A stretch of DNA of 29,596 nucleotides, from the IMG/VR virus record IMGVR_UViG_2541047905_000021. One strand, given 5' to 3'. The notes under the pieces were generated by a model. It made no database searches and had not been told where the DNA came from. It saw nothing but the letters and a program-made list of their open reading frames with translations. The translations under genes and the position numbers were made by a program. Positions 6,874 to 16,744 of this stretch are shown here, one piece after another (within the stretch, counting starts at the first letter, position 1; each line of letters begins with the position of its first letter). Source of the stretch: a virus. Taxonomy: Duplodnaviria; Heunggongvirae; Uroviricota; Caudoviricetes.

Positions 6874-7908
6874 TCAGCCGTTGTCAGTGTCCAGTGAGTA
6901 GTTTTTAAAGCGGATGACCTCCTGACCGAGCCAGCCGTTTATCTCGCGGATCCTGTCCTGTAGCGGGATAAGCTCATTGCGGACAAAGACCTTTGCCACT
7001 TTCTCAATATCACCCAACGACCCGACGTTCTCCGGCTTGCCGCCCATCAACTGAAAGGGGATGCGGTGCGCGTCCAGCAGGTCAGTGGCGCTGGCTTTTT
7101 TGATATTAAAAAAATCGTCCTTCGTCGCTACTTCACTGAGGGGGATAATTTTAATGCCGTCAGCTTTCCCCTGTGGCGCATAGAGAAACAGATTTTTAAA
7201 GTTGTTGCGGCCTTTCGACTTAACCATGTTTTCGCGAAGCATTTCGATATCGTTGCGATCCTGCACGGCATCGGTGACGTACATGATGTATCCGGCATGT
7301 GCGCCATTTTCGTAATACTTGCGGCGGAACAGCGTGGCCGACTCATTCAGCCAGGCAGAGTTAAGGGCGCTGAGATATTCCGGCAGGCCGTACAGCTCCT
7401 GATTAATATCCGGCTCCAGCAGGTGAAACACGGAGCCGGGCGCGAAAGGTATCGGCTCGTTGAAGGACGGCACCCACCAGTAAACATCCTCCTCCACGCC
7501 ACGGCGGGTATATTTTGCCGGTGAGGTTTCCAGTCTGATGACCTTACCGGTGGTGCTGTAACGCTTTTCCAGAAACGCATTACCGAACACCAGAAAATCC
7601 AGCACAAAGCGGCTGAAATCCTGCTGGGAAAGCCACGGGTGCGGGATAAATGTCGAGGCCAGAATATTGCGTTTGACGTAAATCGGGGAGCTGTGATGCA
7701 CGGCAGCACGCAGGCTTTTTGCCAGACCGGTAAAGCTGATTGGTGGCTCATACCATCTGCCGTTACTGATGCACTCGACATAATCCAGAATGTCACGGCG
7801 GTCGAGTACCGGCACCGGATCACCAAAGGTGAATGCCTCCATTTTCGGGGCGCTGGCGGTCATTGTTTTTGCCGCAGGTTGCGGTGTTTTCCCTTTTTTC
7901 TTGCTCAT
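6874..7908 (-). CDS. Q: Portal protein
   Basis: 344 aa, same length and position as P2 gpQ; start overlaps the P stop (ATGA). Confidence 0.9.
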   Translation of the reverse strand: MSKKKGKTPQPAAKTMTASAPKMEAFTFGDPVPVLDRRDILDYVECISNGRWYEPPISFTGLAKSLRAAVHHSSPIYVKRNILASTFIPHPWLSQQDFSRFVLDFLVFGNAFLEKRYSTTGKVIRLETSPAKYTRRGVEEDVYWWVPSFNEPIPFAPGSVFHLLEPDINQELYGLPEYLSALNSAWLNESATLFRRKYYENGAHAGYIMYVTDAVQDRNDIEMLRENMVKSKGRNNFKNLFLYAPQGKADGIKIIPLSEVATKDDFFNIKKASATDLLDAHRIPFQLMGGKPENVGSLGDIEKVAKVFVRNELIPLQDRIREINGWLGQEVIRFKNYSLDTDNG

Positions 7909-9680
7909 CAGTAAAACTCCAGAATGGTGGATGTCAGCGGGGTGCTGATACCGGCGGTGAGTGGCTCATTTAACAGAGCGTGCATGGTCGCCCAGGCGAG
8001 GTCGGCGTGGCTGGCTTCCTCGCTGCGGCTGGCCTCATAGGTGGCGCTGCGTCCGCTGCTGGTCATGGTCTTGCGGATAGCCATAAACGAGCTGGTGATG
8101 TCGGTGGCGCTGACGTCATATTCCAGACAGCCACGGCGGATAACGTCTTTTGCCTTGAGCACCATTGCGGTTTTCATTTCCGGTGTGTAGCGGATATCGC
8201 GCGCGGCGGGATAGAACGAGCGCACGAGCTGGAACACGCCGACACCGAGGCCGGTGGCATCAATTCCGATGTATTCGACGTTGTATTTTTCAGTGAGTTT
8301 GCGGATGGATTCAGCCTGAGTGGCAAAGTCCATGCCTTTCCACTGGTGACGCTCAAGTATTCTGAATTTGCCACCGGCCACCACCGGCGGTGCCAGTACC
8401 ACGCATCCGGCGCTGTCGCCACGGTGTGACGGGTCGTAACCAATCCATACCGGGCGGGAGCCGAACGGATTGGCGGCAAACGGCGCATAGTCTTCCCATT
8501 CTTCCAGCGTGTCGACCATGCAGCGTTGCAGCTCCTCGAACGGGAACACCGACGCCTTGTCGTCAACAAATTCACACATGAACAGGTTTTTAAAATCGTC
8601 GGCGCTGTTTTCACGTTTGAGCTGCTCAATGTCGAACAGCGTGCAGCCGCCTTTCAGCGCGTCCTCAATGGTGACAATCTGCCGCCACTGGCCGTCCGCA
8701 CAGAGAAGCCCACCGGCAAGGGCGTTATGACTGACGTCGATTTCCACGCGTTCAGCGGCGCTGGCGCGTCCCCGGTTAAACAGTTCCCCCGACCAGAACG
8801 GGTAGGCGTCGTGCGCCAGCGTGGACGGGGTGGAGAAATAGGTCGAGCGCAGGTGACTCTGTGAGGCCATACCTGATGCCACCTTACGCAGTACCTGAAA
8901 ATTCGGGATCCAGAAAATCTCATCGACGTACAGGTCGCCGTTATGACTCTGTGCGGTGTTGGAGTTGGTGCCGAGAAAAATCAGTTTTGCGCCGTTATTG
9001 CCCAGGACAATCGGGTCACCGGTCAGGTCAACGTCAACCAGCCGGGCAAAGGCGATGATGTATTCACGGAACACATACGCCTGCGTTTTACTGGCCGACA
9101 GAAAAATCTGGTTATGGCCGGTTTTCAGGGCGCGCAGCAGCGCCTCGCGGGAAAAATAAAACGTCGCGCCAATCTGGCGGGATTTCAGGATATCGCGGAT
9201 GCGGTGCTCAAGCCCGGCGCGATACCAGTGCAACTGATAGTCGAAAGACTGCTCAAAGAAAATCTGCTCCAGCTTTTCGATGGCCTCGTCACTGAAAAAA
9301 TTCTTTTTCGGTTTGCGACGCCCGCCTTTGTTGCGGTTAGCGACGTTCGGATTAAGGTCTGCCTCGTTGCCGGTCTGGCTGTAGCGGTTGACCCGTGCCA
9401 GTCGTTCAATCTGGCGTCCCAGCAGGTCAATTTCCTTGAAGTCACCGCCGGTTTTCTGCGGTTTGATGATGAGCTGGGTCAACCGCGCTTCCAGACTCAT
9501 TTCGACACGGCTGATGGGGGCAACGCTGTCCCAGCCGTCGCGCTGTTTCCAGCTCTGCACCGTCGGGCGTTTCATCTGCAACATGGCGGCAATCTGCGGC
9601 ACGGAAAATCCCTGCCAGTACAGCAGCGCCGCCTGACGACGCGGGTCGTGTAAAAGAGTGGTGTCTGTGGTGATGGTCAT
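7908..9680 (-). CDS. P: Terminase large subunit (ATPase/nuclease)
   Basis: ATG at 9680 gives 590 aa starting MTITTDTTLLHDPRRQ; the track start at 9710 adds 10 residues with no ribosome-binding site; position matches P2 gpP. Confidence 0.9.
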   Translation of the reverse strand: MTITTDTTLLHDPRRQAALLYWQGFSVPQIAAMLQMKRPTVQSWKQRDGWDSVAPISRVEMSLEARLTQLIIKPQKTGGDFKEIDLLGRQIERLARVNRYSQTGNEADLNPNVANRNKGGRRKPKKNFFSDEAIEKLEQIFFEQSFDYQLHWYRAGLEHRIRDILKSRQIGATFYFSREALLRALKTGHNQIFLSASKTQAYVFREYIIAFARLVDVDLTGDPIVLGNNGAKLIFLGTNSNTAQSHNGDLYVDEIFWIPNFQVLRKVASGMASQSHLRSTYFSTPSTLAHDAYPFWSGELFNRGRASAAERVEIDVSHNALAGGLLCADGQWRQIVTIEDALKGGCTLFDIEQLKRENSADDFKNLFMCEFVDDKASVFPFEELQRCMVDTLEEWEDYAPFAANPFGSRPVWIGYDPSHRGDSAGCVVLAPPVVAGGKFRILERHQWKGMDFATQAESIRKLTEKYNVEYIGIDATGLGVGVFQLVRSFYPAARDIRYTPEMKTAMVLKAKDVIRRGCLEYDVSATDITSSFMAIRKTMTSSGRSATYEASRSEEASHADLAWATMHALLNEPLTAGISTPLTSTILEFY

Positions 9681-9748
9681 GAATACCTCGCCGTGATGAA
9701 TACACGGCAAGGCTACTGAGTCGCGCCCCGCGATTCGCTAAGGTGCTG

Positions 9749-9770
9749 TTGTGTCAGTGATAAGCCATCC
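9749..9770. promoter_or_regulatory. Candidate Ogr-dependent late-promoter element (imperfect TGT-N12-ACA dyad) between divergent P and O
   Basis: TTGTGtcagtGATaAGCCAtCC; nearly the same motif recurs upstream of FI (21763-21784). Confidence 0.4.
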
Positions 9771-9853
9771 GGGACTGATGGCGGAGGATGCGCATCGTCG
9801 GGAAACTGATGCCGACATGTGACTCCTCTAATCACTATTCAGGACTCCTGACA

Positions 9854-10708
9854 ATGGCAAAAAAAGTCTCAAAATTCTTTCGTATCGGCGTTGAGGGTGA
9901 CACCTGTGACGGGCGTGTCATCAGTGCGCAGGATATTCAGGAAATGGCCGAAACCTTTGACCCGAGAGTCTATGGTTGCCGCATTAACCTGGAACATCTG
10001 CGCGGCATCCTGCCTGACGGTATTTTTAAGCGTTATGGCGATGTGGCCGAACTGAAGGCCGAAAAGATTGACGATGATTCGGCGCTGAAAGGCAAATGGG
10101 CGCTGTTTGCGAAAATCACCCCGACCGATGACCTTATCGCGATGAACAAGGCCGCGCAGAAGGTCTACACCTCAATGGAAATTCAGCCGAACTTTGCCAA
10201 TACCGGCAAATGTTATCTGGTGGGGCTGGCCGTCACCGATGACCCGGCAAGCCTCGGCACGGAATACCTGGAATTCTGCCGCACGGCAAAACACAACCCC
10301 CTGAACCGCTTCAAATTAAGCCCTGAAAACCTGATTTCAGTGGCAACGCCTGTTGAGCTGGAATTTGAAGACCTGCCTGAAACCGTGTTCACCGCCCTGA
10401 CCGAAAAGGTGAAATCCATTTTTGGCCGCAAACAGGCCAGCGATGACGCCCGTCTGAATGACGTGCATGAAGCGGTGACCGCTGTTGCTGAACATGTGCA
10501 GGAAAAACTGAGCGCCACTGAGCAGCGCCTCGCTGAGATGGAAAACGCCTTTTCCGCACTTAAGCAGGATGTGACTGACAGGGCGGATGAAACCAGCCAG
10601 GCATTCACCCGCCTGAAAAACAGTCTCGACCACACCGAAAGTCTGACCCAGCAGCGCCGCAGCAAGGCCACCGGTGGTGGCGGTGACGCCCTGATGACGA
10701 ACTGCTGA
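9854..10708 (+). CDS. O: Capsid scaffolding protein
   Basis: ATG at 9854 (MAKKVSKFF...) gives 284 aa; the track ORF begins 22 codons upstream at 9788. Confidence 0.85.
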   Translation: MAKKVSKFFRIGVEGDTCDGRVISAQDIQEMAETFDPRVYGCRINLEHLRGILPDGIFKRYGDVAELKAEKIDDDSALKGKWALFAKITPTDDLIAMNKAAQKVYTSMEIQPNFANTGKCYLVGLAVTDDPASLGTEYLEFCRTAKHNPLNRFKLSPENLISVATPVELEFEDLPETVFTALTEKVKSIFGRKQASDDARLNDVHEAVTAVAEHVQEKLSATEQRLAEMENAFSALKQDVTDRADETSQAFTRLKNSLDHTESLTQQRRSKATGGGGDALMTNC

Positions 10709-10766
10709 CCGGCGTCAGTCAGTCCGGGAAAACCTTCACGATTAACCCTTAATTTCAGGAAAAACT

Positions 10767-11840
10767 ATGCGCCAGGAAACCCGCTTTAAATTTAATGCTT
10801 ACCTGTCCCGTGTTGCCGAACTGAACGGCATCGACGCCGGTGATGTGTCGAAAAAATTCACTGTTGAACCGTCGGTCACCCAGACCCTGATGAACACCAT
10901 GCAGGAGTCCTCTGACTTTCTGACCCGCATCAACATTGTGCCGGTCAGCGAAATGAAAGGGGAAAAAATTGGCATCGGTGTCACCGGCTCCATCGCCAGC
11001 ACCACCGACACCGCCGGTGGCACCGAGCGTCAGCCGAAGGACTTCTCGAAGCTGGCGTCCAACAAGTACGAATGCGACCAGATTAATTTTGATTTTTATA
11101 TCCGCTACAAAACGCTGGACCTGTGGGCGCGTTATCAGGATTTCCAGCTCCGTATCCGTAACGCCATTATCAAGCGTCAGTCCCTTGATTTCATCATGGC
11201 CGGTTTTAACGGCGTGAAGCGTGCCGAAAACTCTGACCGCAGCAGTAATCCGATGCTGCAGGATGTGGCGGTCGGCTGGCTGCAGAAATACCGCAATGAA
11301 GCCCCGGCGCGCGTGATGAGCAAGGTCACTGACGAGGAAGGTCACACGACCTCTGAGGTCATCCGCGTGGGTAAGGGCGGTGATTATGCCAGCCTTGATG
11401 CACTGGTGATGGATGCGACCAACAACCTGATTGAACCGTGGTATCAGGAAGACCCTGACCTTGTGGTGATTGTGGGTCGTCAGCTACTGGCGGACAAGTA
11501 TTTCCCCATCGTTAACAAGGAACAGGACAACAGCGAAATGCTGGCCGCTGACGTCATCATCAGCCAGAAACGCATCGGTAACCTGCCGGCGGTACGCGTC
11601 CCGTACTTCCCGGCGGATGCGATGCTCATCACGAAGCTGGAAAACCTGTCCATCTACTACATGGATGACAGCCATCGCCGCGTGATTGTGGAAAACCCGA
11701 AACTCGACCGCGTGGAGAACTACGAGTCAATGAACATTGATTACGTGGTGGAAGACTACGCCGCCGGTTGTCTGGTGGAAAAAATTAAGGTCGGTGATTT
11801 CTCCACACCGGCTAAGGCGACCGCAGAGCCGGGAGCGTAA
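10767..11840 (+). CDS. N: Major capsid protein
   Basis: 357 aa, AGGA Shine-Dalgarno at 10757-10760; size and position of P2 gpN. Confidence 0.9.
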   Translation: MRQETRFKFNAYLSRVAELNGIDAGDVSKKFTVEPSVTQTLMNTMQESSDFLTRINIVPVSEMKGEKIGIGVTGSIASTTDTAGGTERQPKDFSKLASNKYECDQINFDFYIRYKTLDLWARYQDFQLRIRNAIIKRQSLDFIMAGFNGVKRAENSDRSSNPMLQDVAVGWLQKYRNEAPARVMSKVTDEEGHTTSEVIRVGKGGDYASLDALVMDATNNLIEPWYQEDPDLVVIVGRQLLADKYFPIVNKEQDNSEMLAADVIISQKRIGNLPAVRVPYFPADAMLITKLENLSIYYMDDSHRRVIVENPKLDRVENYESMNIDYVVEDYAAGCLVEKIKVGDFSTPAKATAEPGA

Positions 11841-11843
11841 CCG

Positions 11844-12587
11844 ATGACGAGTCCCGCACAGCGCCACATGATGCGGGTCTCGGCAGCGATGACCGCGCAG
11901 CGGGAAGCCGCCCCGCTGCGACATGCAACTGTCTATGAGCAGATGCTGGTTAAGCTCGCCGCAGACCAGCGCACACTGAAAGCGATTTACTCAAAAGAGC
12001 TGAAGGCCGCGAAAAAACGCGAACTGCTGCCGTTCTGGTTGCCGTGGGTGAACGGCGTGCTGGAGCAGGGCAAAGGTGCACAGGATGACATTCTGATGAC
12101 GGTCATGCTGTGGCGTCTGGATACCGGCGATATTGCCGGTGCGCTGGAGATTGCCCGTTATGCCCTGAAGTACGGTCTGACCATGCCGGGGAAACACCGC
12201 CGCACCCCGCCGTACATGTTCACCGAGGAGGTGGCGCTTGCGGCCATGCGCGCTCACGCTGCCGGTGAGTCTGTGGATACCCGCCTGCTGACGGACACCC
12301 TCGAACTGACCGCCACGGCTGACATGCCTGATGAAGTGCGCGCAAAGCTGCACAAAATCACCGGTCTGTTTATGCGTGACGGTGGTGATGCCGCCGGTGC
12401 GCTGGCGCACCTGCAACGTGCGACACAGCTCGACTGTCAGGCAGGCGTCAAAAAAGAGATTGAACGACTGGAGCGGGAGCTGAAACCGAAGCCGGAGCCG
12501 CAACCCAAAGCGGCCACCCGTGCCATGCGTAAGACCCGGAGCGTGACACCGGCAAAACGTGGACGCCCGAAAAAGAAAGCCAGTTAA
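11844..12587 (+). CDS. M: Terminase small subunit
   Basis: 247 aa immediately after N; Lys/Arg-rich C-terminal tail. Confidence 0.85.
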   Translation: MTSPAQRHMMRVSAAMTAQREAAPLRHATVYEQMLVKLAADQRTLKAIYSKELKAAKKRELLPFWLPWVNGVLEQGKGAQDDILMTVMLWRLDTGDIAGALEIARYALKYGLTMPGKHRRTPPYMFTEEVALAAMRAHAAGESVDTRLLTDTLELTATADMPDEVRAKLHKITGLFMRDGGDAAGALAHLQRATQLDCQAGVKKEIERLERELKPKPEPQPKAATRAMRKTRSVTPAKRGRPKKKAS

Positions 12588-12686
12588 CAACCGAATGCGC
12601 CCCGCGCCAGGGCGGCACGCCGGTCAGTGAGGGTGAATCACCTGACACTGCACCGGCGTCCACCGCCCGACTTTTCAGAGGTAGTC

Positions 12687-13196
12687 ATGATGACGCTGAT
12701 TATTCCGCGAAAGGAGGCTCCCGTGTCCGGTGAGGGTACGGTGGTCATCCCGCAACCGGCAGGCGACGAGCCGGTGATTAAAAACACGTTCTTTTTTCCC
12801 GATATCGACCCGAAGCGCGTCCGGGAACGTATGCGCCTTGAGCAGACCGTCGCCCCCGCCCGTCTGCGTGAGGCTATCAAGTCAGGCATGGCGGAGACAA
12901 ATGCGGAGCTGTACGAGTATCGCGAACAGAAAATTGCCGCCGGTTTTACGCGTCTGGCGGACGTCCCGGCGGACGACATCGACGGTGAAAGCATCAAAGT
13001 TTTTTACTACGAGCGCGCCGTGTGTGCGATGGCGACCGCGTCGCTTTATGAGCGTTATCGCGGCGTGGATGCCAGTGCGAAAGGCGACAAGAAGGCTGAC
13101 AGCATTGACAGCACCATTGATGAGCTGTGGCGGGATATGCGCTGGGCGGTGGCGCGCATCCAGGGCAAGCCGCGCTGCATCGTGAGTCAAATCTGA
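12687..13196 (+). CDS. L: Head completion/stabilisation protein
   Basis: ATG at 12687 (MMTLIIPRK...) gives 169 aa; the track ORF starts 20 codons earlier at 12627. Confidence 0.8.
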   Translation: MMTLIIPRKEAPVSGEGTVVIPQPAGDEPVIKNTFFFPDIDPKRVRERMRLEQTVAPARLREAIKSGMAETNAELYEYREQKIAAGFTRLADVPADDIDGESIKVFYYERAVCAMATASLYERYRGVDASAKGDKKADSIDSTIDELWRDMRWAVARIQGKPRCIVSQI

Positions 13197-13399
13197 TGAA
13201 GACCTTTGCGCTACAGGGCGACACGCTCGACGCCATTTGTGTCCGGTATTACGGGCGCACTGAGGGCGTGGTCGAAGCCGTGCTCGCCGCAAATCCGGGA
13301 CTGGCTGAACTGGGCGCGGTGCTGCCGCACGGCACCGCCGTCGAACTGCCCGACGTTCAGACCGCGCCCGTGGCTGAAACTGTCAATCTGTGGGAGTAA
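13196..13399 (+). CDS. X: Tail protein X
   Basis: 67 aa (MKTFALQGDTLDAICVRYYGRT...); start overlaps the L stop. Confidence 0.75.
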   Translation: MKTFALQGDTLDAICVRYYGRTEGVVEAVLAANPGLAELGAVLPHGTAVELPDVQTAPVAETVNLWE

Positions 13400-13402
13400 C
13401 GC

Positions 13403-13684
13403 ATGACAGCAGAAGAAAAAAGCGTCCTGTCGCTTTTCATGATTGGGGTGCTGATTGTTGTCGGCAAGGTGCTTGCCGGTGGTGAACCCATCACCCCGCG
13501 TCTGTTTATCGGGCGCATGTTGCTCGGTGGTTTTGTCTCGATGGTTGCCGGTGTTGTTCTGGTGCAGTTTCCTGACCTGTCATTGCCTGCGGTGTGCGGT
13601 ATCGGCTCCATGCTGGGTATCGCCGGTTATCAGGTGATTGAGATTGCCATTCAGCGCCGCTTTAAGGGCAGGGGGAAACCGTAA
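13403..13684 (+). CDS. Y: Holin
   Basis: 93 aa with hydrophobic transmembrane segments and a charged C-terminus; first gene of the lysis cassette. Confidence 0.75.
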   Translation: MTAEEKSVLSLFMIGVLIVVGKVLAGGEPITPRLFIGRMLLGGFVSMVAGVVLVQFPDLSLPAVCGIGSMLGIAGYQVIEIAIQRRFKGRGKP

Positions 13685-14181
13685 TGCCGGTAATTAACAC
13701 GCATCAGAATATCGCCGCCTTTCTCGACATGCTGGCGGTATCCGAAGGGACGGCGAATCATCCGCTGACGAAAAACCGTGGCTATGACGTGATAGTCACC
13801 GGACTGGACGGGAAGCCGGAAATTTTCACCGACTACAGTGACCACCCGTTCGCGCATGGCCGACCGGCGAAGGTGTTTAACCGTCGCGGTGAAAAATCCA
13901 CGGCCTCCGGTCGCTATCAGCAGCTTTACCTGTTCTGGCCGCATTACCGCAAACAGCTTGCCCTGCCGGATTTCAGTCCGTTGTCACAGGACAGACTCGC
14001 CATTCAGTTGATCCGCGAACGCGGTGCGCTGGATGACATCCGGGCGGGACGTATTGAGCGCGCCATTTCACGCTGTCGCAATATCTGGGCGTCCCTGCCG
14101 GGAGCCGGTTACGGTCAGCGTGAGCATTCACTGGAAAAACTGGTCACCGTCTGGCGTACCGCTGGCGGCGTACCGGCTTAA
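13684..14181 (+). CDS. K: Endolysin (lysozyme-like)
   Basis: 165 aa; start overlaps the Y stop; position and size of P2 gpK. Confidence 0.85.
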   Translation: MPVINTHQNIAAFLDMLAVSEGTANHPLTKNRGYDVIVTGLDGKPEIFTDYSDHPFAHGRPAKVFNRRGEKSTASGRYQQLYLFWPHYRKQLALPDFSPLSQDRLAIQLIRERGALDDIRAGRIERAISRCRNIWASLPGAGYGQREHSLEKLVTVWRTAGGVPA

Positions 14182-14195
14182 ACGGAGTAAACACC

Positions 14196-14609
14196 ATGAA
14201 GAAATTATTCCTTTCACTGATGCTGAATGTGTCGCTGGCGCTGTCCCTGATTTACCCGCAGAGCGTGGCCGTCAATTTTGTCGCCGCCTGGGCGATTCTG
14301 GCGACGGTTATCTGTGTGGTTGCCGGTGGTGTCGGCGTGTATGCCACTGAGTATGTACTGGAACGCTACGGGCGGGAGCTGCCGCCGGAATCGCTGGCCG
14401 TGAAGATTGTCACGGCGCTGTTTTTGCAGCCGGTGCCGTGGCGCAGGCGGTCAGTGGCTCTGGTAGTGATGGTGGCGACGTTTATCTCGCTGGTCGCTGC
14501 CGGGTGGATTTTTACTGCGCTGATTTATCTCGTGGCGGCGCTGTTATTCCGGCTGATACATACGGCCTGCCGTCAGCGTCTTGAGGGGCGGGAACCATGT
14601 CAAAGCTGA
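14196..14609 (+). CDS. lysA: Lysis-timing membrane protein LysA
   Basis: 137 aa, strongly hydrophobic; GGAG Shine-Dalgarno at 14184-14187. Confidence 0.65.
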   Translation: MKKLFLSLMLNVSLALSLIYPQSVAVNFVAAWAILATVICVVAGGVGVYATEYVLERYGRELPPESLAVKIVTALFLQPVPWRRRSVALVVMVATFISLVAAGWIFTALIYLVAALLFRLIHTACRQRLEGREPCQS

Positions 14610-15022
14610 TGATTGTACTGGTTGTGTTGTTATCGCTGGCGGTGGCGGGGCTGTTTCTGGCGAAGCATGAAAACGCCAGACTGCGCGCCTCGCTGGGCAG
14701 GGCGAACAACGTCGCCAGTGAACAGCAGGCGACCATCTCCATGCTGAAAAATCAGCTTCATGTTGCGCTCACCAGGGCAGACAAAAACGAGCTGGCGCAG
14801 GTGGCACTGCGTCAGGAACTGGAGAACGCCGCGAAGCGTGAAGCACAGCGCGAGAAAACCATCACGAGGTTACTGAATGAAAACGAAGATTTCCGCCGCT
14901 GGTACGGTGCTGACCTGCCTGATGCTGTGCGCCGGTTGCACCAGCGCCCCGCCTGCACCGACGCCAGTGATTGTCCACAACGCCTGCCCGAAAGTGAGTC
15001 TTTGCCCGATGCCGGGCAGTGA
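14597..15022 (+). CDS. lysB: LysB, Rz-like inner-membrane spanin
   Basis: 141 aa, N-terminal transmembrane helix followed by a coiled-coil-like Ala/Glu/Arg-rich region. Confidence 0.7.
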   Translation: MSKLMIVLVVLLSLAVAGLFLAKHENARLRASLGRANNVASEQQATISMLKNQLHVALTRADKNELAQVALRQELENAAKREAQREKTITRLLNENEDFRRWYGADLPDAVRRLHQRPACTDASDCPQRLPESESLPDAGQ

Positions 15023-15167
15023 CCCGGAGACGAACGGCGATTTAAGTGCCGATATCCGGCAGCTTGAGAACGCGCTGGCACGCTGTGCCAGCCAGGTAAA
15101 AATGATTAAACACTGTCAGGACGAAAACGATGCTCAAACCCGACAGCCTGCGCAGGGCGCTGACTGA
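14877..15167 (+). CDS. lysC: LysC, Rz1-like outer-membrane lipoprotein spanin, out of frame within and beyond lysB
   Basis: 96 aa with signal peptide and lipobox (LMLCAGC); GAGG Shine-Dalgarno at 14866-14869; overlaps the lysB 3' end in another frame. Confidence 0.65.
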   Translation: MKTKISAAGTVLTCLMLCAGCTSAPPAPTPVIVHNACPKVSLCPMPGSDPETNGDLSADIRQLENALARCASQVKMIKHCQDENDAQTRQPAQGAD

Positions 15168-15597
15168 TGCCGTCACGGTGCTGAAAACTAACCCCGATAT
15201 GCTGCGGATATTCGTGGATAACGGGAGTATTGCCTCCACACTGGCGACGTCGCTGTCATTCGAAAAGCGTTACACGCTCAATGTGATTGTGACCGACTTT
15301 ACCGGTGATTTTGACCTGCTCATCGTGCCGGTGCTGGCGTGGCTGCGGGAAAATCAGCCCGACATCATGACCACCGACGAAGGCCAGAAAAAGGGCTTCA
15401 CGTTTTATGCAGACATCAACAATGACAGCAGCTTTGATGTCAGCATCAGCCTGATGCTGACCGAGCGCACGCTGGTCAGTGAGGTCGACGGCGCGCTGCA
15501 TGTGAAGAATATCCCGGAACCCACGCCGCCGGAGCCGGTCACCCGCCCGATGGAGCTTTATATCAATGGCGAACTGGTGAGCAAGTGGGATGAATGA
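15130..15597 (+). CDS. R: Tail completion protein R
   Basis: 155 aa, P2 gpR size and position. Confidence 0.75.
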   Translation: MLKPDSLRRALTDAVTVLKTNPDMLRIFVDNGSIASTLATSLSFEKRYTLNVIVTDFTGDFDLLIVPVLAWLRENQPDIMTTDEGQKKGFTFYADINNDSSFDVSISLMLTERTLVSEVDGALHVKNIPEPTPPEPVTRPMELYINGELVSKWDE

Positions 15598-16042
15598 GTT
15601 TAAGCGTTTTGAAGACCGGCTGGCGGGACTTATTGAATCGCTGTCACCGTCAGGGCGTCGGCGACTGAGCGCCGAACTGGCGAAACGTCTGCGGCAGAGT
15701 CAGCAGCGTCGGGTGATGGCACAGAAAGCCCCGGACGGCACACCCTACGCGCCACGCCAGCAGCAGAGCGCCAGAAAAAAGACTGGTCGTGTTAAGCGAA
15801 AAATGTTTGCGAAACTTATCACCAGTCGTTTTTTGCATATCCGCGCCAGCCCTGAACAGGCATCAATGGAATTTTACGGCGGGAAGTCACCGAAAATCGC
15901 CAGTGTGCATCAGTTCGGTCTGTCGGAAGAAAACCGGAAAGACGGTAAGAAAATTGATTATCCGGCGCGTCCTCTGCTCGGCTTTACCGGTGAGGATGTG
16001 CAGATGATTGAAGAGATTATCCTGGCTCACCTCGACCGTTAG
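15590..16042 (+). CDS. S: Tail completion protein S
   Basis: 150 aa; start overlaps the R 3' end. Confidence 0.75.
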   Translation: MNEFKRFEDRLAGLIESLSPSGRRRLSAELAKRLRQSQQRRVMAQKAPDGTPYAPRQQQSARKKTGRVKRKMFAKLITSRFLHIRASPEQASMEFYGGKSPKIASVHQFGLSEENRKDGKKIDYPARPLLGFTGEDVQMIEEIILAHLDR

Positions 16043-16108
16043 TTGTGCCATTCCCGACACCTCATCGTCACATTGCCGCCGGTATGACCCGGCGGCATCC
16101 TTCCCGTT

Positions 16109-16744
16109 ATGAACACTCTCGCAAATATCCAGGAACTCGCGCGCGCACTGCGCAACATGATCCGCACCGGCATTATCGTCGAAACCGACCTTAACGCCGG
16201 TCGCTGCCGTGTGCAGACCGGCGGCATGTGCACCGACTGGCTTCAGTGGCTGACCCATCGCGCCGGGCGTTCGCGCACATGGTGGGCACCTTCCGTGGGG
16301 GAACAGGTGCTGATTCTGTCCGTGGGCGGTGAACTCGACACGGCGTTCGTTCTGCCGGGGATTTATTCCGGCGATAACCCCGCGCCGTCTGCGTCGGCTG
16401 ATGCCCTGCATATCCGTTTCCCTGACGGGGCGGTGATTGAGTATGAACCCGAAACCAGTGCACTCACGGCAAGCGGAATTAAAACGGCCAGCGTGACGGC
16501 TTCCGGCTCTGTTACTGCCACGGTGCCGGTGGTCACGGTGAAAGCGTCAACCCGTGTCACCCTGGACACACCGGAAGTGGTCTGCACTAACAAACTGACT
16601 ACCGGCACGCTGGAAGTGCAGAAGGGCGGGACGATGCGCGGCAACATCGCGCATACCGGCGGTGAACTCTCATCAAACGGTAAGGTACTGCATACCCATA
16701 AACACCCCGGCGACAGCGGCGGCACAACCGGGAGTCCTTTATGA
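16109..16744 (+). CDS. V: Baseplate spike/assembly protein V
   Basis: 211 aa, P2 gpV size and position. Confidence 0.8.
   Translation: MNTLANIQELARALRNMIRTGIIVETDLNAGRCRVQTGGMCTDWLQWLTHRAGRSRTWWAPSVGEQVLILSVGGELDTAFVLPGIYSGDNPAPSASADALHIRFPDGAVIEYEPETSALTASGIKTASVTASGSVTATVPVVTVKASTRVTLDTPEVVCTNKLTTGTLEVQKGGTMRGNIAHTGGELSSNGKVLHTHKHPGDSGGTTGSPL

Noticed and set aside
7066-7826. Track ORFs inside Q on both strands (7066-7524 +, 7128-7346 -, 7347-7826 -)
   Set aside because: They lie entirely within the well-supported portal gene in other frames or on the opposite strand, lack ribosome-binding sites, and are typical shadow ORFs of GC-rich coding DNA.
7980-9705. Track ORFs inside P (for example 8943-9653 +, 8174-8629 -, 8526-8864 +)
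   Set aside because: Embedded in the terminase gene; no independent start signals; low-complexity Arg/Ala-rich translations characteristic of out-of-frame GC-rich sequence.
10213-12663. Antisense or alternate-frame ORFs within O, N and M (for example 10755-11345 -, 11991-12590 -, 10213-10671 -)
   Set aside because: Overlap the capsid and terminase genes whose frames match P2 lengths; no Shine-Dalgarno sequences; composition typical of shadow frames.
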